64,000 bases of DNA from Parvibaculaceae bacterium (GCA_965226465.1 OZ245362.1:961931-1025930); one strand, 5' to 3'; positions 8,500-19,033 are shown, counted from the first letter of the stretch. The notes: a model not told the origin generated them from the sequence alone. Numbers and translations are program-made.

Positions 8500-10000
8500 T
8501 TTTCTTCCAGCTCAATATAGGCTCACGGGCGGCTTTGGTCTCATCCAACCGCCTTCTTGGCGCAAAAAAGGGCGCCTCATGAAACCGCTCCTTGTCACCC
8601 GCCTTCGCCTTTTCGGCAAGAAAGATAATAGCGTCAATAAACTGGTCAAGCGTCATTTTGCTTTCCGTCTCAGTCGGCTCAATCAGCAGCGCACCCGATA
8701 CGACAAGCGGAAAATACATCGTCATGGGATGATATCCCTCATCAATCATCGCCTTAGCAAAATCCAAAGTAGAAATATCCGTATTCTTCAAAAAACTATC
8801 ATCAAACAGCGCCTCATGCATACAGGGCGGCGCAAAGCTCGGCTTCATAACTTTGCCAAGCCGCGCCAACACATAATTGGCGTTCAGCACCGCATCCTCA
8901 GCAACCTGCAAAAGCCCATCAGCGCCATGGCTCATCATATAGGCGAGCGAGCGCACAAACATACCCATCTGCCCATGAAAAGCCGCCATCCGTCCAAAGG
9001 GCGAAAGCCCCTCACTTTCTGCGCTTTCTTGGCTTTCTATAAGCTCAAAACGCCCCTCTTTCTGCCGCAAAATAGGAAGCGGCGCAAAGGGTGCCAGCGC
9101 CTCACTAAACACCACAGGACCCGCCCCCGGTCCCCCGCCCCCATGCGGCGTAGAAAAGGTCTTATGAAGATTAATATGCATGGCATCAATCCCCAAATCA
9201 CCCGGACAAACCTTGCCAACAATGGCATTAAAATTAGCACCATCACAATAAAAATACCCGCCCGCCTCGTGAAGAGCGGCGGCAATTTCAATAATATCAG
9301 GCTCAAACAAACCGCATGTATTGGGATTGGTCAGCATGATGGCGGCGACATCATCGGATAGCTTCTCCTTAAAAGCGGCAAGGTCAACCCGCCCACGCTT
9401 ATTGGCAGGCACGACATCAACCCTATAGCCCAAAGCCGCAGCAGTAGCGGGATTGGTACCATGTGCGCTATCGGGAACCAGCACGCGTTTTCTCTTTTCC
9501 CCCTCGCCACGCGCCTCAAGGGCGGCACGAATAGCCATCATACCGCAAAGCTCACCATGCGCCCCCGCTTTGGGGGAAAGCGCAACACAAGGCATATTGG
9601 TAAGGGTTTTCAGCCAATGGGACAACTCATGCAAAACTTGCAACGCTCCTTGTACGGAGCTTTGTGGTTGCAAAGGATGAATAGCGGCAAACCCATTAAG
9701 GCGCGCCATTTTCTCATTAAGGCGCGGATTATGCTTCATCGTGCAAGACCCAAGCGGATAAATCCCGCCATCAATAGAATAATTTTTCTGACTAAGCCGA
9801 ATATAATGGCGAATAAGCCGAGGCTCGGCAACACCCGGAAGCCCAATATTTCCCTCACGCTCCAGCCCACCAAGTCTGGGCGTAAAGCCCTCCAGCTCCT
9901 CAAGGTCAACGCCCGAAGTTCCCGGCACATCAAGCTCAAAAATAAGCGCCTCCTCAGCGACTAAGGCACGATTTCCGGTAAAGGTTTTGCGCCCCCTCAT
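8492..10000 (-). CDS. gcvPB: Glycine dehydrogenase (decarboxylating) subunit 2
   Basis: 502 aa with PLP-lysine block NLHKTFSTPHGGGGPG. It forms an ATGA overlap with gcvPA. Confidence 0.95.
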   Translation of the reverse strand: MRGRKTFTGNRALVAEEALIFELDVPGTSGVDLEELEGFTPRLGGLEREGNIGLPGVAEPRLIRHYIRLSQKNYSIDGGIYPLGSCTMKHNPRLNEKMARLNGFAAIHPLQPQSSVQGALQVLHELSHWLKTLTNMPCVALSPKAGAHGELCGMMAIRAALEARGEGEKRKRVLVPDSAHGTNPATAAALGYRVDVVPANKRGRVDLAAFKEKLSDDVAAIMLTNPNTCGLFEPDIIEIAAALHEAGGYFYCDGANFNAIVGKVCPGDLGIDAMHINLHKTFSTPHGGGGPGAGPVVFSEALAPFAPLPILRQKEGRFELIESQESAESEGLSPFGRMAAFHGQMGMFVRSLAYMMSHGADGLLQVAEDAVLNANYVLARLGKVMKPSFAPPCMHEALFDDSFLKNTDISTLDFAKAMIDEGYHPMTMYFPLVVSGALLIEPTETESKMTLDQFIDAIIFLAEKAKAGDKERFHEAPFFAPRRRLDETKAAREPILSWKKNA

Positions 10001-11343
10001 GCCAGCACCTCCACCAAAGCAGCATGGAGAGCGTCAATATCCTCATCACTATTCATCTCAGTTGCGGCAAGAAGCAGCAGGTTTTCCATAGAAGGCTCAT
10101 TGGGCAGAAGCCGCGACACCGGAATCCCGCCAAGAATATTTTTATCAGCAAGCGCCTCAATAATCTGAGCAGCAGGCTTTGGCAGCGCAATACAAATCTC
10201 ATTAAAAAACGCATTTGTCAGACAAGAAACCCCCTTTATAGAAGCCACCCGCTCCGCCAGCCGACAAGCATTAGCATGGTTAATCCGCGCAAGCCGCTTA
10301 TATCCCTCCTCACCGAGCAGAGCGAGATGAATGGTAAAAGCAAGGCTACACAGCCCCGAATTGGTGCAGATATTACTGGTCGCCTTTTCGCGCCGAATAT
10401 GCTGCTCACGGGTAGAAAGCGTCAGCACAAAACCCCGCCGCCCCTCCTCATCCACAGTCTGCCCGCAAATACGACCCGGCATTTGGCGAATATATTTCTC
10501 TCTGCATGCGAACAATCCAATATACGGACCGCCAAAACTAAGCCCGTTGCCAAGCGACTGCCCTTCGGCGACGGCAATATCGGCACCCATTGTGCCAAAA
10601 GGTTTGATAAGCCCCAGCGCAATAATTTCGGTAGTAACCCCAATAAGAAGAATATTTTTCTCATGCAGGGTCTTGGCGAGCTTAGAAAAATCCCGAATAT
10701 TCCCAAAGAAATCAGGGTTTTGCACAACAATCGCCGAAACATCATCATCAATAAGCCCCAGCAAATCCTCCTCCCCCTCCAGCGAAAGGGCGGGCTGGAG
10801 AATAGTAAGGGAAGCAAATTGCGTCTGGTTTCTAACCGTCTCAGCATAATGAGGATGAAGGCGAGCGGATAAAATAGTTTTGCCCCTCCTCGTGATGCGG
10901 TGTGCCATAAGCACGGCTTCGGCACAAGCGGTGGAGCCGTCATACATGGAAGCATTGGCGACATCCATATCCATGATACGCGCCGTTTGGGTCTGAAACT
11001 CAAAGAGATATTGCAGCGTGCCTTGCGTAATTTCGGGCTGATAGGGCGTATAAGAAGTAAGAAACTCGGAGCGCTGAATAATATGGTCAACACTGGCAGG
11101 AATATGATGGCGATACGCCCCCCCACCAAGAAAAAAAGCAGCTTTTCCCGCATGTAAGCTCTTCTCCGCCATATCCGACAAAGCCCGCTCCACCTCCATC
11201 TCCCCCCTATGAGGGGGAAGGCTAAGCGGCACATTTTGGCGCACCGCTTTTGGCACATCGGCAAATAAATCCTCAATACTCTTTACACCGATTGTTTTTA
11301 ACATTTCGGCTCTGGTTTTGTCATTATGCGGAAGATAACGCAT
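9997..11343 (-). CDS. gcvPA: Glycine dehydrogenase (decarboxylating) subunit 1
   Basis: 448 aa. The N-terminus MRYLPHNDKTRAEMLKTIGV and the operon position between gcvH and gcvPB support the call. Confidence 0.95.
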   Translation of the reverse strand: MRYLPHNDKTRAEMLKTIGVKSIEDLFADVPKAVRQNVPLSLPPHRGEMEVERALSDMAEKSLHAGKAAFFLGGGAYRHHIPASVDHIIQRSEFLTSYTPYQPEITQGTLQYLFEFQTQTARIMDMDVANASMYDGSTACAEAVLMAHRITRRGKTILSARLHPHYAETVRNQTQFASLTILQPALSLEGEEDLLGLIDDDVSAIVVQNPDFFGNIRDFSKLAKTLHEKNILLIGVTTEIIALGLIKPFGTMGADIAVAEGQSLGNGLSFGGPYIGLFACREKYIRQMPGRICGQTVDEEGRRGFVLTLSTREQHIRREKATSNICTNSGLCSLAFTIHLALLGEEGYKRLARINHANACRLAERVASIKGVSCLTNAFFNEICIALPKPAAQIIEALADKNILGGIPVSRLLPNEPSMENLLLLAATEMNSDEDIDALHAALVEVLA

Positions 11344-11714
11344 TATTCAAGGCTCTCCAAATAATTCTGATATTGGTCTTCATCCATCAAGCTCTCCGCC
11401 TCTTTATGGGAGCTGATGGTAAGGCGATAAATCCACGCCTCCAAAGGCTTCTCATTAATAAAAGCCGGATTTTTGCTAAGGCTCTCATTGACCTCCACCA
11501 CCTCGCCCGTGAGGGGTGCATAAATCTCACCCGCCGCCTTAACGCTCTCAATAACCGCACTTTCCTCGCCTTTTTTGACCTTTTTGCCAATTTCGGGAAG
11601 CTCCACAAACACAACATCGCCCAGCTGTTTCTGGGCATAATTGGAAATGCCAATGCGGGCACTTTCCCCCTCAATAAGGCACCACTCATGTTCTTTGGTA
11701 TATTTGACGCTCAT
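11343..11714 (-). CDS. gcvH: Glycine cleavage system H protein
   Basis: 123 aa with lipoyl-lysine motif VIESVKAAGEIYAP. Confidence 0.95.
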   Translation of the reverse strand: MSVKYTKEHEWCLIEGESARIGISNYAQKQLGDVVFVELPEIGKKVKKGEESAVIESVKAAGEIYAPLTGEVVEVNESLSKNPAFINEKPLEAWIYRLTISSHKEAESLMDEDQYQNYLESLE

Positions 11715-12817
11715 TTTTTTCCTCCTTTATAATATTGATGATTGACGAATGGAAGCCTCGTGATAAGGGCAGGCGTTTTTTTATTCCGTATAGAGATAAA
11801 AACCTCGCCGCTTTCCACTTTGCTCAAAATAATCCCCATAGCAATCCCCTTTTTCAAAACAGGCGAAAACCCACCCGAAGTGACCTGCCCCAAAACCTCC
11901 CCTTCCCCATTTTTAATCACCGCCCCTTCTCTGGCAAGCCCCGCCCCCTGAATAATAAGCCCCACCCTCTTTTTTTCGGGTGGCGGGGCAGAAAGAACCA
12001 AGTCCCCCACAAATCCGCCCTTTTCACGACGGCTTTTAGCAATCGTCCAGCCCAGCCCGACCTCAAAAGGGCTCATGCCCTCATCCATATCATGCCCATA
12101 TAGGCAAAGCCCCGCCTCCAGCCGCAACACATCACGCGCCCCAAGACCAGCAAGCGAAACCCGCTCATCGCCCAGCAATTTCTCAGCAAAACCAGCAGCA
12201 TATTCCGCCCCAAGCGAAACCTCAAACCCATCCTCACCCGTATACCCCGAGCGCGAAACCCGAAGCCCCACCCCCTCATGGATACAGCAACGCTCGCGCA
12301 TAAAAGCAAGCTCCCCAATTTGCGGACTATATTTCGCAAGAACATCAACAGCCGCCCCCCCCTGCAACGCCAGCAACGCATTATCACTTTCCTCAAGATG
12401 CGCCCCGCTCAAATGCCCCCGAATATGCGCAAAATCAACCTCTTTGCGCCCCGCATTGACCACAATTCGCACCCCCTCCCCGCTCCGCGTCAGCATCAGA
12501 TCATCAATAATCCCCCCCCGCTCATTCAGCATGACGCTATAGCGCATCTCGCCCTCAGCAAGCCCGCCAATATCCACAGGAAACAGCTGCTCTGCCTCAC
12601 GCACCGCACCCGCCCCGACAATCATCGCCTGCCCCATATGGGAAACATCAAAAAGCCCGGCACGCTTGCGTACCGCCTCATGCTCCTTCAAAATCCCGCC
12701 CTCATAATGGAGCGGCATGAGATAGCCAGCAAAGCCGACCATATTGGCATGATGAGCAATATGCAGCCCATAGAGCGGGGTATGATTTTGTTTTTTCTGC
12801 CTCTGCTGTTCGGGCAT
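11711..12817 (-). CDS. gcvT: Aminomethyltransferase (glycine cleavage T protein)
   Basis: LFDVSHMGQ motif. I use the internal ATG at 12817 (MPEQQRQKK...) because the longer ORF start at 12952 would run through the riboswitch. Confidence 0.9.
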   Translation of the reverse strand: MPEQQRQKKQNHTPLYGLHIAHHANMVGFAGYLMPLHYEGGILKEHEAVRKRAGLFDVSHMGQAMIVGAGAVREAEQLFPVDIGGLAEGEMRYSVMLNERGGIIDDLMLTRSGEGVRIVVNAGRKEVDFAHIRGHLSGAHLEESDNALLALQGGAAVDVLAKYSPQIGELAFMRERCCIHEGVGLRVSRSGYTGEDGFEVSLGAEYAAGFAEKLLGDERVSLAGLGARDVLRLEAGLCLYGHDMDEGMSPFEVGLGWTIAKSRREKGGFVGDLVLSAPPPEKKRVGLIIQGAGLAREGAVIKNGEGEVLGQVTSGGFSPVLKKGIAMGIILSKVESGEVFISIRNKKTPALITRLPFVNHQYYKGGKK

Positions 12818-12871
12818 TATGCTTCCTTCCACCAATTTTCGGGCAAAGGCACGCACGCACCATAACCCAGA

Positions 12872-13055
12872 CCTCCCTCTGTCGGTGGACCTGAGAGCAT
12901 TCGCTCTGCGAGCATTCACCCCGCAAGGCTTACTCCTTCGGTGGAAGAGCAACTACCCTTCGCTTTCCAGAGTGACATTAACACGCGGTCCGTTTGCCTG
13001 AGAGATTATGGAGGATTTTGCTCCTTCGGCGTCGTATGACTACTCCTCTTCCGCG
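12872..13055 (-). promoter_or_regulatory. Tandem glycine riboswitch (two aptamers) in the gcvT leader
   Basis: The minus strand reads GCGGAAGAGGAG...CGCCGAAGGAGCAA...CTCTCAGGCAAACGGACCGC. It continues CTCTGGAAAGCGAAGGG...CCACCGAAGGAGTAA...CTCTCAGGTCCACCGACAGAGGG. These are the conserved glycine-aptamer cores, present twice immediately upstream of gcvT. Confidence 0.8.
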
Positions 13056-13146
13056 CGCATCTTTTGTCGGTTTCAGCTTATGGTTGCGGAGCGATAAGTC
13101 AAACGCAAAAGCGGACTTACCCACAGCCAAACTCTTGCCTTGACTT

Positions 13147-14121
13147 ATGGTGTCAAGGGCTGAATATATGGGTTTCATGGAAAAGAAGCTTGCAATTTGT
13201 TTGACTTTGGCGAAGCCGCGCGGATTTTGTGCGGGCGTGGAGCGTGCGATATTGATAGTTGAGCGCGCACTGGAGAAATATGGAGCGCCGATATATGTCC
13301 GCCATGAGATAGTGCATAACCGCTTTGTGGTGGAGGCGTTGGAGGCGAAGGGAGCAATATTTGTCTCCTCGCTCGCCGATATCCCAGACGGCGAAAGGGT
13401 AATCTTCTCCGCGCATGGCGTCGCCAAAAAAGTCCCCCAAAACGCACAACAACGCGGGCTACACTATCTGGACGCAACCTGCCCCCTCGTCTCCAAAGTC
13501 CACAGAGAAGCAGAACGCTTCCACGAGCAAGGCTACAGAATCATCCTCATAGGACATAGCGGACACCCCGAAGTTGTCGGCACAATGGGGCAGTTACCCG
13601 AAGGTGCCATAGAGCTTGTTGAAACCATTGCCGACATCGCAACCCTCCCCCCAAGCGACAAAAAAACCGCCTGCATCACCCAAACCACGCTTTCCATAGA
13701 CGACACCGCCGCCATCATAAAGGCACTGGAGCAGAAGCTTGGCAAAACCGCCCGCCCCCCCAAAGAGGATATTTGCTATGCCACCACCAACCGCCAGCTT
13801 GCCGTCAAGGAGCTTGCCAAAAAAGTGGACTATATGCTGATTATCGGCGGCAAGCACAGCTCCAACTCACAAAGGCTGGTAGAGGTCGCCCAAGCCGCCG
13901 GCTGCCAAGCCGAAGGCATAGAGGGAGCGAGCGCCATTAACTGGCAGACACTCGCCCAATACCAGCATATCGGATTAAGCGCAGGAGCCAGCGCCCCCGA
14001 AGCCCTAATCGCCGAAGTCGTCGCCGCCTTCCAAAAGCGTTTCCAAATAGAGCTATCCGAAAGAGAAGCAATGGCAGAAAACGTATCCTTCAAACTCCCC
14101 CTTGAACTACGAGAGGCATAA
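13147..14121 (+). CDS. ispH: 4-hydroxy-3-methylbut-2-enyl diphosphate reductase
   Basis: Motifs [16 protein letters not shown] and HSSNSQRL are present. The start may instead be one of the downstream ATGs (MGFMEKK). Confidence 0.9.
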   Translation: MVSRAEYMGFMEKKLAICLTLAKPRGFCAGVERAILIVERALEKYGAPIYVRHEIVHNRFVVEALEAKGAIFVSSLADIPDGERVIFSAHGVAKKVPQNAQQRGLHYLDATCPLVSKVHREAERFHEQGYRIILIGHSGHPEVVGTMGQLPEGAIELVETIADIATLPPSDKKTACITQTTLSIDDTAAIIKALEQKLGKTARPPKEDICYATTNRQLAVKELAKKVDYMLIIGGKHSSNSQRLVEVAQAAGCQAEGIEGASAINWQTLAQYQHIGLSAGASAPEALIAEVVAAFQKRFQIELSEREAMAENVSFKLPLELREA

Positions 14122-14122
14122 C

Positions 14123-15097
14123 ATGGCAGTCTATACCCATATTGACGAAGGACAGCTGGAGCAGTTTTTGCAAGGCTACCCGCTTGGCAAGGCGGTGAGC
14201 TTTAAGGGCATAGCAGAAGGCATCTCCAACTCAAACTTCCTGCTGGAAACCGAAAAAGGGCGCTACATATTGACCATTTACGAAAGGCGCATTGACACTG
14301 ACGACCTCCCCTTTTTCCTGAACCTCATGTCGCATTTTTCCAAAAAAGGCATTTCCTGCCCCCTGCCGATAAAGGCGAAAAACGGCAAGAGGCAGAACAT
14401 GCTCGCCAATAAACACGCCGCCCTTTTCACCCTGCTGGAGGGCATCAGCATTTACAACCCCACCGCCGCCCATTGCCATGCCATAGGCGAGCTATGCGCC
14501 AATATGCACCTCAACGGTCAGGATTTTGAAATGTCGCGCAAAAATGCCTTTTCGCTGGAGGCATGGCAGCAGATTTACGAGCAGACCAAAACCCACGCCG
14601 AGCGACTAAAAAAGGGGCTGGCAGCGGATCTCGCCAAAGAATGCGCCTTTCTCCAAAGCCAATGGCAGCAAAAAACCAAGCCCCTAACAAAGGGCATCAT
14701 CCACGCCGATTTATTCCCCGATAATGTCTTTTTTCTGAACAATAGACTTTCCGGTGTCATAGATTTCTATTTCGCCTGCAGCGATATCCTTGCCTATGAT
14801 GTAGCGGTGGCGATAAATGCCTGGTGCTTTGAGCGCGATGGCAGTTTCAACACCACCAAAGCGCAAAAATTAATGCAAGGCTATCAATCGCTCCGCAAGC
14901 TAAGCAGCGCCGAGATGGAAGCCTTACCACTTCTGGCAAGGGGAGCGGCGATGCGCTTTTTACTAACCCGCCTGCAAGACTGGTTTGCGGTGGAAAGCGA
15001 TGCGCTGGTGCAAAGAAAAGACCCGCTCCAATATTGGAACCGCCTCTCATTCCACCGCAAAGTCACCACCATAGCCGATTACGGGATAAGTCCATGA
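14123..15097 (+). CDS. thrB: Homoserine kinase, ThrB type II (APH-fold)
   Basis: Begins MAVYTHIDEGQLEQFL and carries GISNSNFLL and IHADLFPDNVFF. ATG at 14123, just after the ispH stop. Confidence 0.85.
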   Translation: MAVYTHIDEGQLEQFLQGYPLGKAVSFKGIAEGISNSNFLLETEKGRYILTIYERRIDTDDLPFFLNLMSHFSKKGISCPLPIKAKNGKRQNMLANKHAALFTLLEGISIYNPTAAHCHAIGELCANMHLNGQDFEMSRKNAFSLEAWQQIYEQTKTHAERLKKGLAADLAKECAFLQSQWQQKTKPLTKGIIHADLFPDNVFFLNNRLSGVIDFYFACSDILAYDVAVAINAWCFERDGSFNTTKAQKLMQGYQSLRKLSSAEMEALPLLARGAAMRFLLTRLQDWFAVESDALVQRKDPLQYWNRLSFHRKVTTIADYGISP

Positions 15098-15525
15098 GCC
15101 AGATTATCGTCTATACCGATGGCGCCTGCTCCCACAATCCGGGACCTGGCGGCTGGGGTGCCTATCTCCAAATAGGCGACAAAACCCACGAGCTTTATGG
15201 CGGCGAGAGCGACACCACCAATAACCGCATGGAGCTATTGGCAGTCATAAAAGTCTTTGAGTTTTTAGACGAGGGAAGCGATATTACTCTTTACACGGAT
15301 AGTAAATATGTCCATGACGGCATCACCCAATGGCTAGAAAATTGGAAAAGACGCGGCTGGCGCACCGCCTCAAAAAAGCCCGTCAAAAACGAAGATTTAT
15401 GGAAAAGACTGGACAGCCTCACCCACAAGCACAAAATCTCATGGAACTGGGTACGCGGTCATGCAGGCATTTCGGGCAATGAGCATGCCGACAGGCTAGC
15501 AAGAAAAGGCATAGAAACCATATAG
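15094..15525 (+). CDS. rnhA: Ribonuclease HI
   Basis: Begins MSQIIVYTDGAC..NPGPGGWG and carries TTNNRMEL and VRGHAGISGNEHADRLA. It forms an ATGA overlap with thrB. Confidence 0.9.
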   Translation: MSQIIVYTDGACSHNPGPGGWGAYLQIGDKTHELYGGESDTTNNRMELLAVIKVFEFLDEGSDITLYTDSKYVHDGITQWLENWKRRGWRTASKKPVKNEDLWKRLDSLTHKHKISWNWVRGHAGISGNEHADRLARKGIETI

Positions 15526-15614
15526 ATAGCAAGCCCCATTTGCCCCCTTCCCTTAAAATATTCTATGATAGGGCTATCTGAAACCGAATCAAACATAGAA
15601 AGGGAGATAGGGAA

Positions 15615-15965
15615 ATGCATAATAAAATAGAATCAGCATTGCTGGCAATTGTCAGCCTCGCCATCATCGCCAATATTATTATTCTTGGTGCGAATGATGT
15701 TCTTTGGGGCTGGATAGATGTCGCCGTTTTGGCATTGGGGGGTTATGGCTTTTGCCAGATTGCCTCTGCGCCAAAAAGCAGAAAGAAAAACCTTCTGCAA
15801 TGGGGCTATGGCATCTCGGTTGTCGGCATGGCAGTTATGATGCAGAGCTTTATTGATAATGGCACGGACGCTTATATGGCATTAGATAATGATGTCGCAT
15901 GGGTCGTTCTTGATGCGATTATTGTGATAAGCTTCATCACACGAGCCTTAGAAATAAGGAAATAG
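15615..15965 (+). CDS. Hypothetical small membrane protein
   Basis: 116-aa ORF with 3-4 hydrophobic helices, preceded by aaagggag. No family recognised. Confidence 0.45.
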   Translation: MHNKIESALLAIVSLAIIANIIILGANDVLWGWIDVAVLALGGYGFCQIASAPKSRKKNLLQWGYGISVVGMAVMMQSFIDNGTDAYMALDNDVAWVVLDAIIVISFITRALEIRK

Positions 15966-15998
15966 TGGTAGTTTTAGAGTAACCCTCTAAAGCGAAAA

Positions 15999-16030
15999 GC
16001 CCCCTCTCTTTTTGAGAGGGGGTTTTTTTT
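15999..16030. terminator. Bidirectional intrinsic terminator between convergent genes
   Basis: Sequence aaaagCCCCCTCTCtttttGAGAGGGGGtttttttt forms a perfect 9-bp GC stem flanked by an A-run and a T-run. Confidence 0.7.
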
Positions 16031-16511
16031 AGATATTTTGAAGCATATGCTCCGCCCCCGAAAGCTCAGCACCATCACCCTGCTCAATATTGAGCGTCTT
16101 GACGACAGCATCCTCCAACAACATGGAATATCGTTGCGAGCGAATACCATACCCCGCCTCAACCAGGTTCAACACAAGCCCAACCGCATTCGTAAAAGCA
16201 GCCGCCCCATCCGCCAGCATCATAATTTTATTATGCGTGTTCTGCTCCCGCCCCCAAGCGTTCATAACAAAAACATCATTCACGGAAACACAGGCAATCA
16301 CATCCACCCCCTTTTGCAAAAGCGCATCATGGTTTTTCAAATAACCCGGCACATGCTGATTGGAACAAGTCGGCGTAAACGCACCCGGCAACGCAAAAAG
16401 CACCGCTTTTTTCCCGCCAAAAATCTGAGCAGGCGTCACCGACTGCACCCCGCTCTCATCCATATATTGCAAAACCGTTTCAGGCAAGCTATCGCCGATT
16501 GTAATAGTCAT
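16029..16511 (-). CDS. Peroxiredoxin (Prx5-like)
   Basis: 160 aa with active-site block PGAFTPTCS. Confidence 0.9.
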   Translation of the reverse strand: MTITIGDSLPETVLQYMDESGVQSVTPAQIFGGKKAVLFALPGAFTPTCSNQHVPGYLKNHDALLQKGVDVIACVSVNDVFVMNAWGREQNTHNKIMMLADGAAAFTNAVGLVLNLVEAGYGIRSQRYSMLLEDAVVKTLNIEQGDGAELSGAEHMLQNI

Positions 16512-16545
16512 GATCTCTCCTCAAAAACCCCAGTGTAGCAAATTT

Positions 16546-17013
16546 TCAACGAGGCGCAAGCACCAGCGAAAGCGAAGCTGACACAGGCACACAAATATTC
16601 TTACAAATCCCATAATGAAAGCCGATAACAAGGCGCACAGGCTCAGCAGGATTTTTCGCCACCAGCACCAGCGGCACAAGCACCTCCCCCCCATACCCAT
16701 AAAACGCCCCCAAAGCAGGAATCTCATATTTTTCCCCCTTAGGAAAATGCGCCCTCAACTCCCGCAAATTCTCCGAACCCCCCCAGTCAATCTCAGGCGC
16801 AATCCCACCCGACTTGACCTCAGGCGCATAGCTATACCACCCCTCCGCCAAGCTAAGAATCAGCATCGCATTCCCATTCTCCAGCGAGATAAGCCGCACC
16901 TCCGAAGGAGCTTTCGCAAAGCCAGCACCCCCACCCCCCCACAGCAAAAGGGCAAAAAACAGCAGAAAATAAGCCTTTTTCATCACCATTTCGGGATTAT
17001 AACCTTTTGGCAA
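16546..17013 (-). CDS. DsbD N-terminal-like (thiol-disulfide interchange) domain protein, secreted
   Basis: Signal-peptide-like N-terminus, GWYSYAPE...PEIDW, and C-terminal CKNICVP resembling the DsbD-alpha/ScsB-type domain. Confidence 0.6.
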   Translation of the reverse strand: MPKGYNPEMVMKKAYFLLFFALLLWGGGGAGFAKAPSEVRLISLENGNAMLILSLAEGWYSYAPEVKSGGIAPEIDWGGSENLRELRAHFPKGEKYEIPALGAFYGYGGEVLVPLVLVAKNPAEPVRLVIGFHYGICKNICVPVSASLSLVLAPR

Positions 17014-17073
17014 GAGTTTTAGGGATAAAGTTTTATTCTTTGAAGAAAAGCGAATAGCGGATAAAATAAGGGC

Positions 17074-17640
17074 ATGAAAATGGACAAGACATTAGAGGGC
17101 AAATTATTGGTAGCGATGCCGGGGCTGGAGGATGAGAGCTTTTCCCACTCGGTCATATATATATGTATGCATAATGAGGATGGCACAATGGGCGTTGTCG
17201 TCAATAAGCCGAGCCGCCACATTCGCCTAGAAGATTTATTTGAAGGCGTACCGCTGCTTTCCAATATGGAGCCAAGCTATATGCCGATATTGGTCGGCGG
17301 ACCCTGCGACAGAAATCGCGGCTTTGTTCTGCACTCCCGCGATTACTGCCCCTCCAATAGCGAGATAGACACAAGCGGTCCCTTCCAGCTAACGGCAACC
17401 ATGGACATCCTCCAAGCCATCGCACAAGGCAAAGGACCCGAACACGCTCTCCTTGCGCTCGGCTATGCAGGCTGGGGCTCAGGACAGCTGGAGAAAGAGC
17501 TTTCCCATAATAGCTGGTTCATCAGCGATGCCGATGCCGGGCTTGTTTTTTCCAAAGAGCAAGAGAGCATTTACCCCACCGCATTACGGCGCATTGGCGT
17601 AGATATAGGGCGTTTCAGCACCCAAGCAGGCGAGGCGTAA
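17074..17640 (+). CDS. YqgE/AlgH family protein (UPF0301)
   Basis: 188 aa with LLVAMPGLEDESFSHSVIYICMHNEDGTMGVVVNKP, GGP and AGWGSGQLE. Confidence 0.85.
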   Translation: MKMDKTLEGKLLVAMPGLEDESFSHSVIYICMHNEDGTMGVVVNKPSRHIRLEDLFEGVPLLSNMEPSYMPILVGGPCDRNRGFVLHSRDYCPSNSEIDTSGPFQLTATMDILQAIAQGKGPEHALLALGYAGWGSGQLEKELSHNSWFISDADAGLVFSKEQESIYPTALRRIGVDIGRFSTQAGEA

Positions 17641-17641
17641 C

Positions 17642-19033
17642 TCAGCCCAAAACCTCCTCCATATATCCCATAATGGCAGCCATATCATTGGGCAGCACTT
17701 TTTCCTTTTCCTTTTTCTCAAGACATTTCTGCAAACGGGGCGGAATATCAGGCACAAAGCCCAGCGCCTTTTTCACCGCTTTCGGAAACTTTGCCGCATC
17801 CGCCGTCGCCAAAGAGACAATAGGCGTCGTTGAAGCCCCCGCTATTTTCTGCGAAGCCGCAAACCCAACCGCACTATGCGGGTCAAGAATAATCTCCTTA
17901 TGCTGATAAAGCTCCTTAATCGCCGCAAGCGTCTGCTTCTCATCAATAGAAAAAGCCGAAAATGTTTTTGAAATTTCCGCCAATACATCAGGCGCAATAG
18001 AAAAAACCCCGCTCTCAGCAAACCCCGCCATCCAAGCCGCCGTAGTTTGCGGACACCGCTCCGAGCACTCATAAAGCAGCCGCTCAAAATTACTGGAAAT
18101 TTGAATATCCATGCTGGGGCTCATCGTATGCACAACCTTTTGCGGAACATATTTCCCGAGCGCCAAGGCACGGGGCAGAATATCATTAGAATTACTAGCA
18201 ATCACCAGCCTCTCCACAGGAAGCCCCATCTTCATAGCGGCGAACCCTGCAAAAATATCCCCAAAGTTCCCCGTCGGCACCGAAAAAATCAATTTTTGAG
18301 CAGGCGCATTAAGGCGCGAGCCAGCATAAAAATAATACACAATCTGCGCCATAATCCGCCCCCAATTTATGGAGTTAATCCCGCCAAGATTATGTTTTTT
18401 GCGAAACGCCGCATTGGCAAAAAGCTCCTTCACGCACCCCTGACAATCATCAAAACTACCCTCAAGTGCCACCACATGCACATTATCAAAACCGGCAGTC
18501 GTCATCTGCTTGCGCTGGACATCAGACACCTTGCCATGGGGATAAAAAATAACCATATCGCAATTTTCCAGCCCCCCAAAGGCACGAATTGCCGCCCCCC
18601 CCGTATCCCCCGAAGTCGCCCCAATAATAGTAGAGCGTGCATGTTTTCGCAAAAGTGCCCGCTCCATAAGCGGCGCCAGCAATTGCATCGCAACATCCTT
18701 AAACGCAAGCGTCGGTCCATGAAAAAGCTCCAATAAATACCGCCGCTCCCCAATCTCCACAAGCGGCGTAATCTCCTTATCGGAAAAACTGCCATAAGCC
18801 CGCTCAATAATTTCCGCCAATTCCCCTTCAGCAATTTCCCCCTCCACAAAAGGCAAAATAACCTCAAGCGCAATTTGCTGATAGGACATCTGTGCAAACG
18901 AAGCAATCCTATCATCCGAAAAATGCGGATACCGCTCCGGCACATACAGCCCCCCATCACTTGCCAAAGCGGTCAGAATAGTCTCCTCAAAACCTAAAAC
19001 GGGCGCTTTCGCTCTTGTACTTTGATATTTCAT
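17642..19033 (-). CDS. thrC: Threonine synthase
   Basis: 463 aa with PLP-lysine block FHGPTLAFKD and SGDTGGAA. Confidence 0.95.
   Translation of the reverse strand: MKYQSTRAKAPVLGFEETILTALASDGGLYVPERYPHFSDDRIASFAQMSYQQIALEVILPFVEGEIAEGELAEIIERAYGSFSDKEITPLVEIGERRYLLELFHGPTLAFKDVAMQLLAPLMERALLRKHARSTIIGATSGDTGGAAIRAFGGLENCDMVIFYPHGKVSDVQRKQMTTAGFDNVHVVALEGSFDDCQGCVKELFANAAFRKKHNLGGINSINWGRIMAQIVYYFYAGSRLNAPAQKLIFSVPTGNFGDIFAGFAAMKMGLPVERLVIASNSNDILPRALALGKYVPQKVVHTMSPSMDIQISSNFERLLYECSERCPQTTAAWMAGFAESGVFSIAPDVLAEISKTFSAFSIDEKQTLAAIKELYQHKEIILDPHSAVGFAASQKIAGASTTPIVSLATADAAKFPKAVKKALGFVPDIPPRLQKCLEKKEKEKVLPNDMAAIMGYMEEVLG

Noticed and set aside
8216-9361. Long antisense shadow ORFs rich in R/P/H/K opposite real genes. 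Examples are 2253-3134, 8216-9361, 19708-20583, 23264-24265, 27211-28365, 42951-43577 and 46738-47475.
   Set aside because: Each lies fully opposite a gene with clear family motifs. Their low-complexity basic and proline-rich translations are typical of the antisense frame. No motifs were recognised.
12818-12952. Upstream extension of gcvT to the ATG at 12952
   Set aside because: It would translate through the second glycine aptamer. The internal start at 12817 gives a normal-length GcvT.
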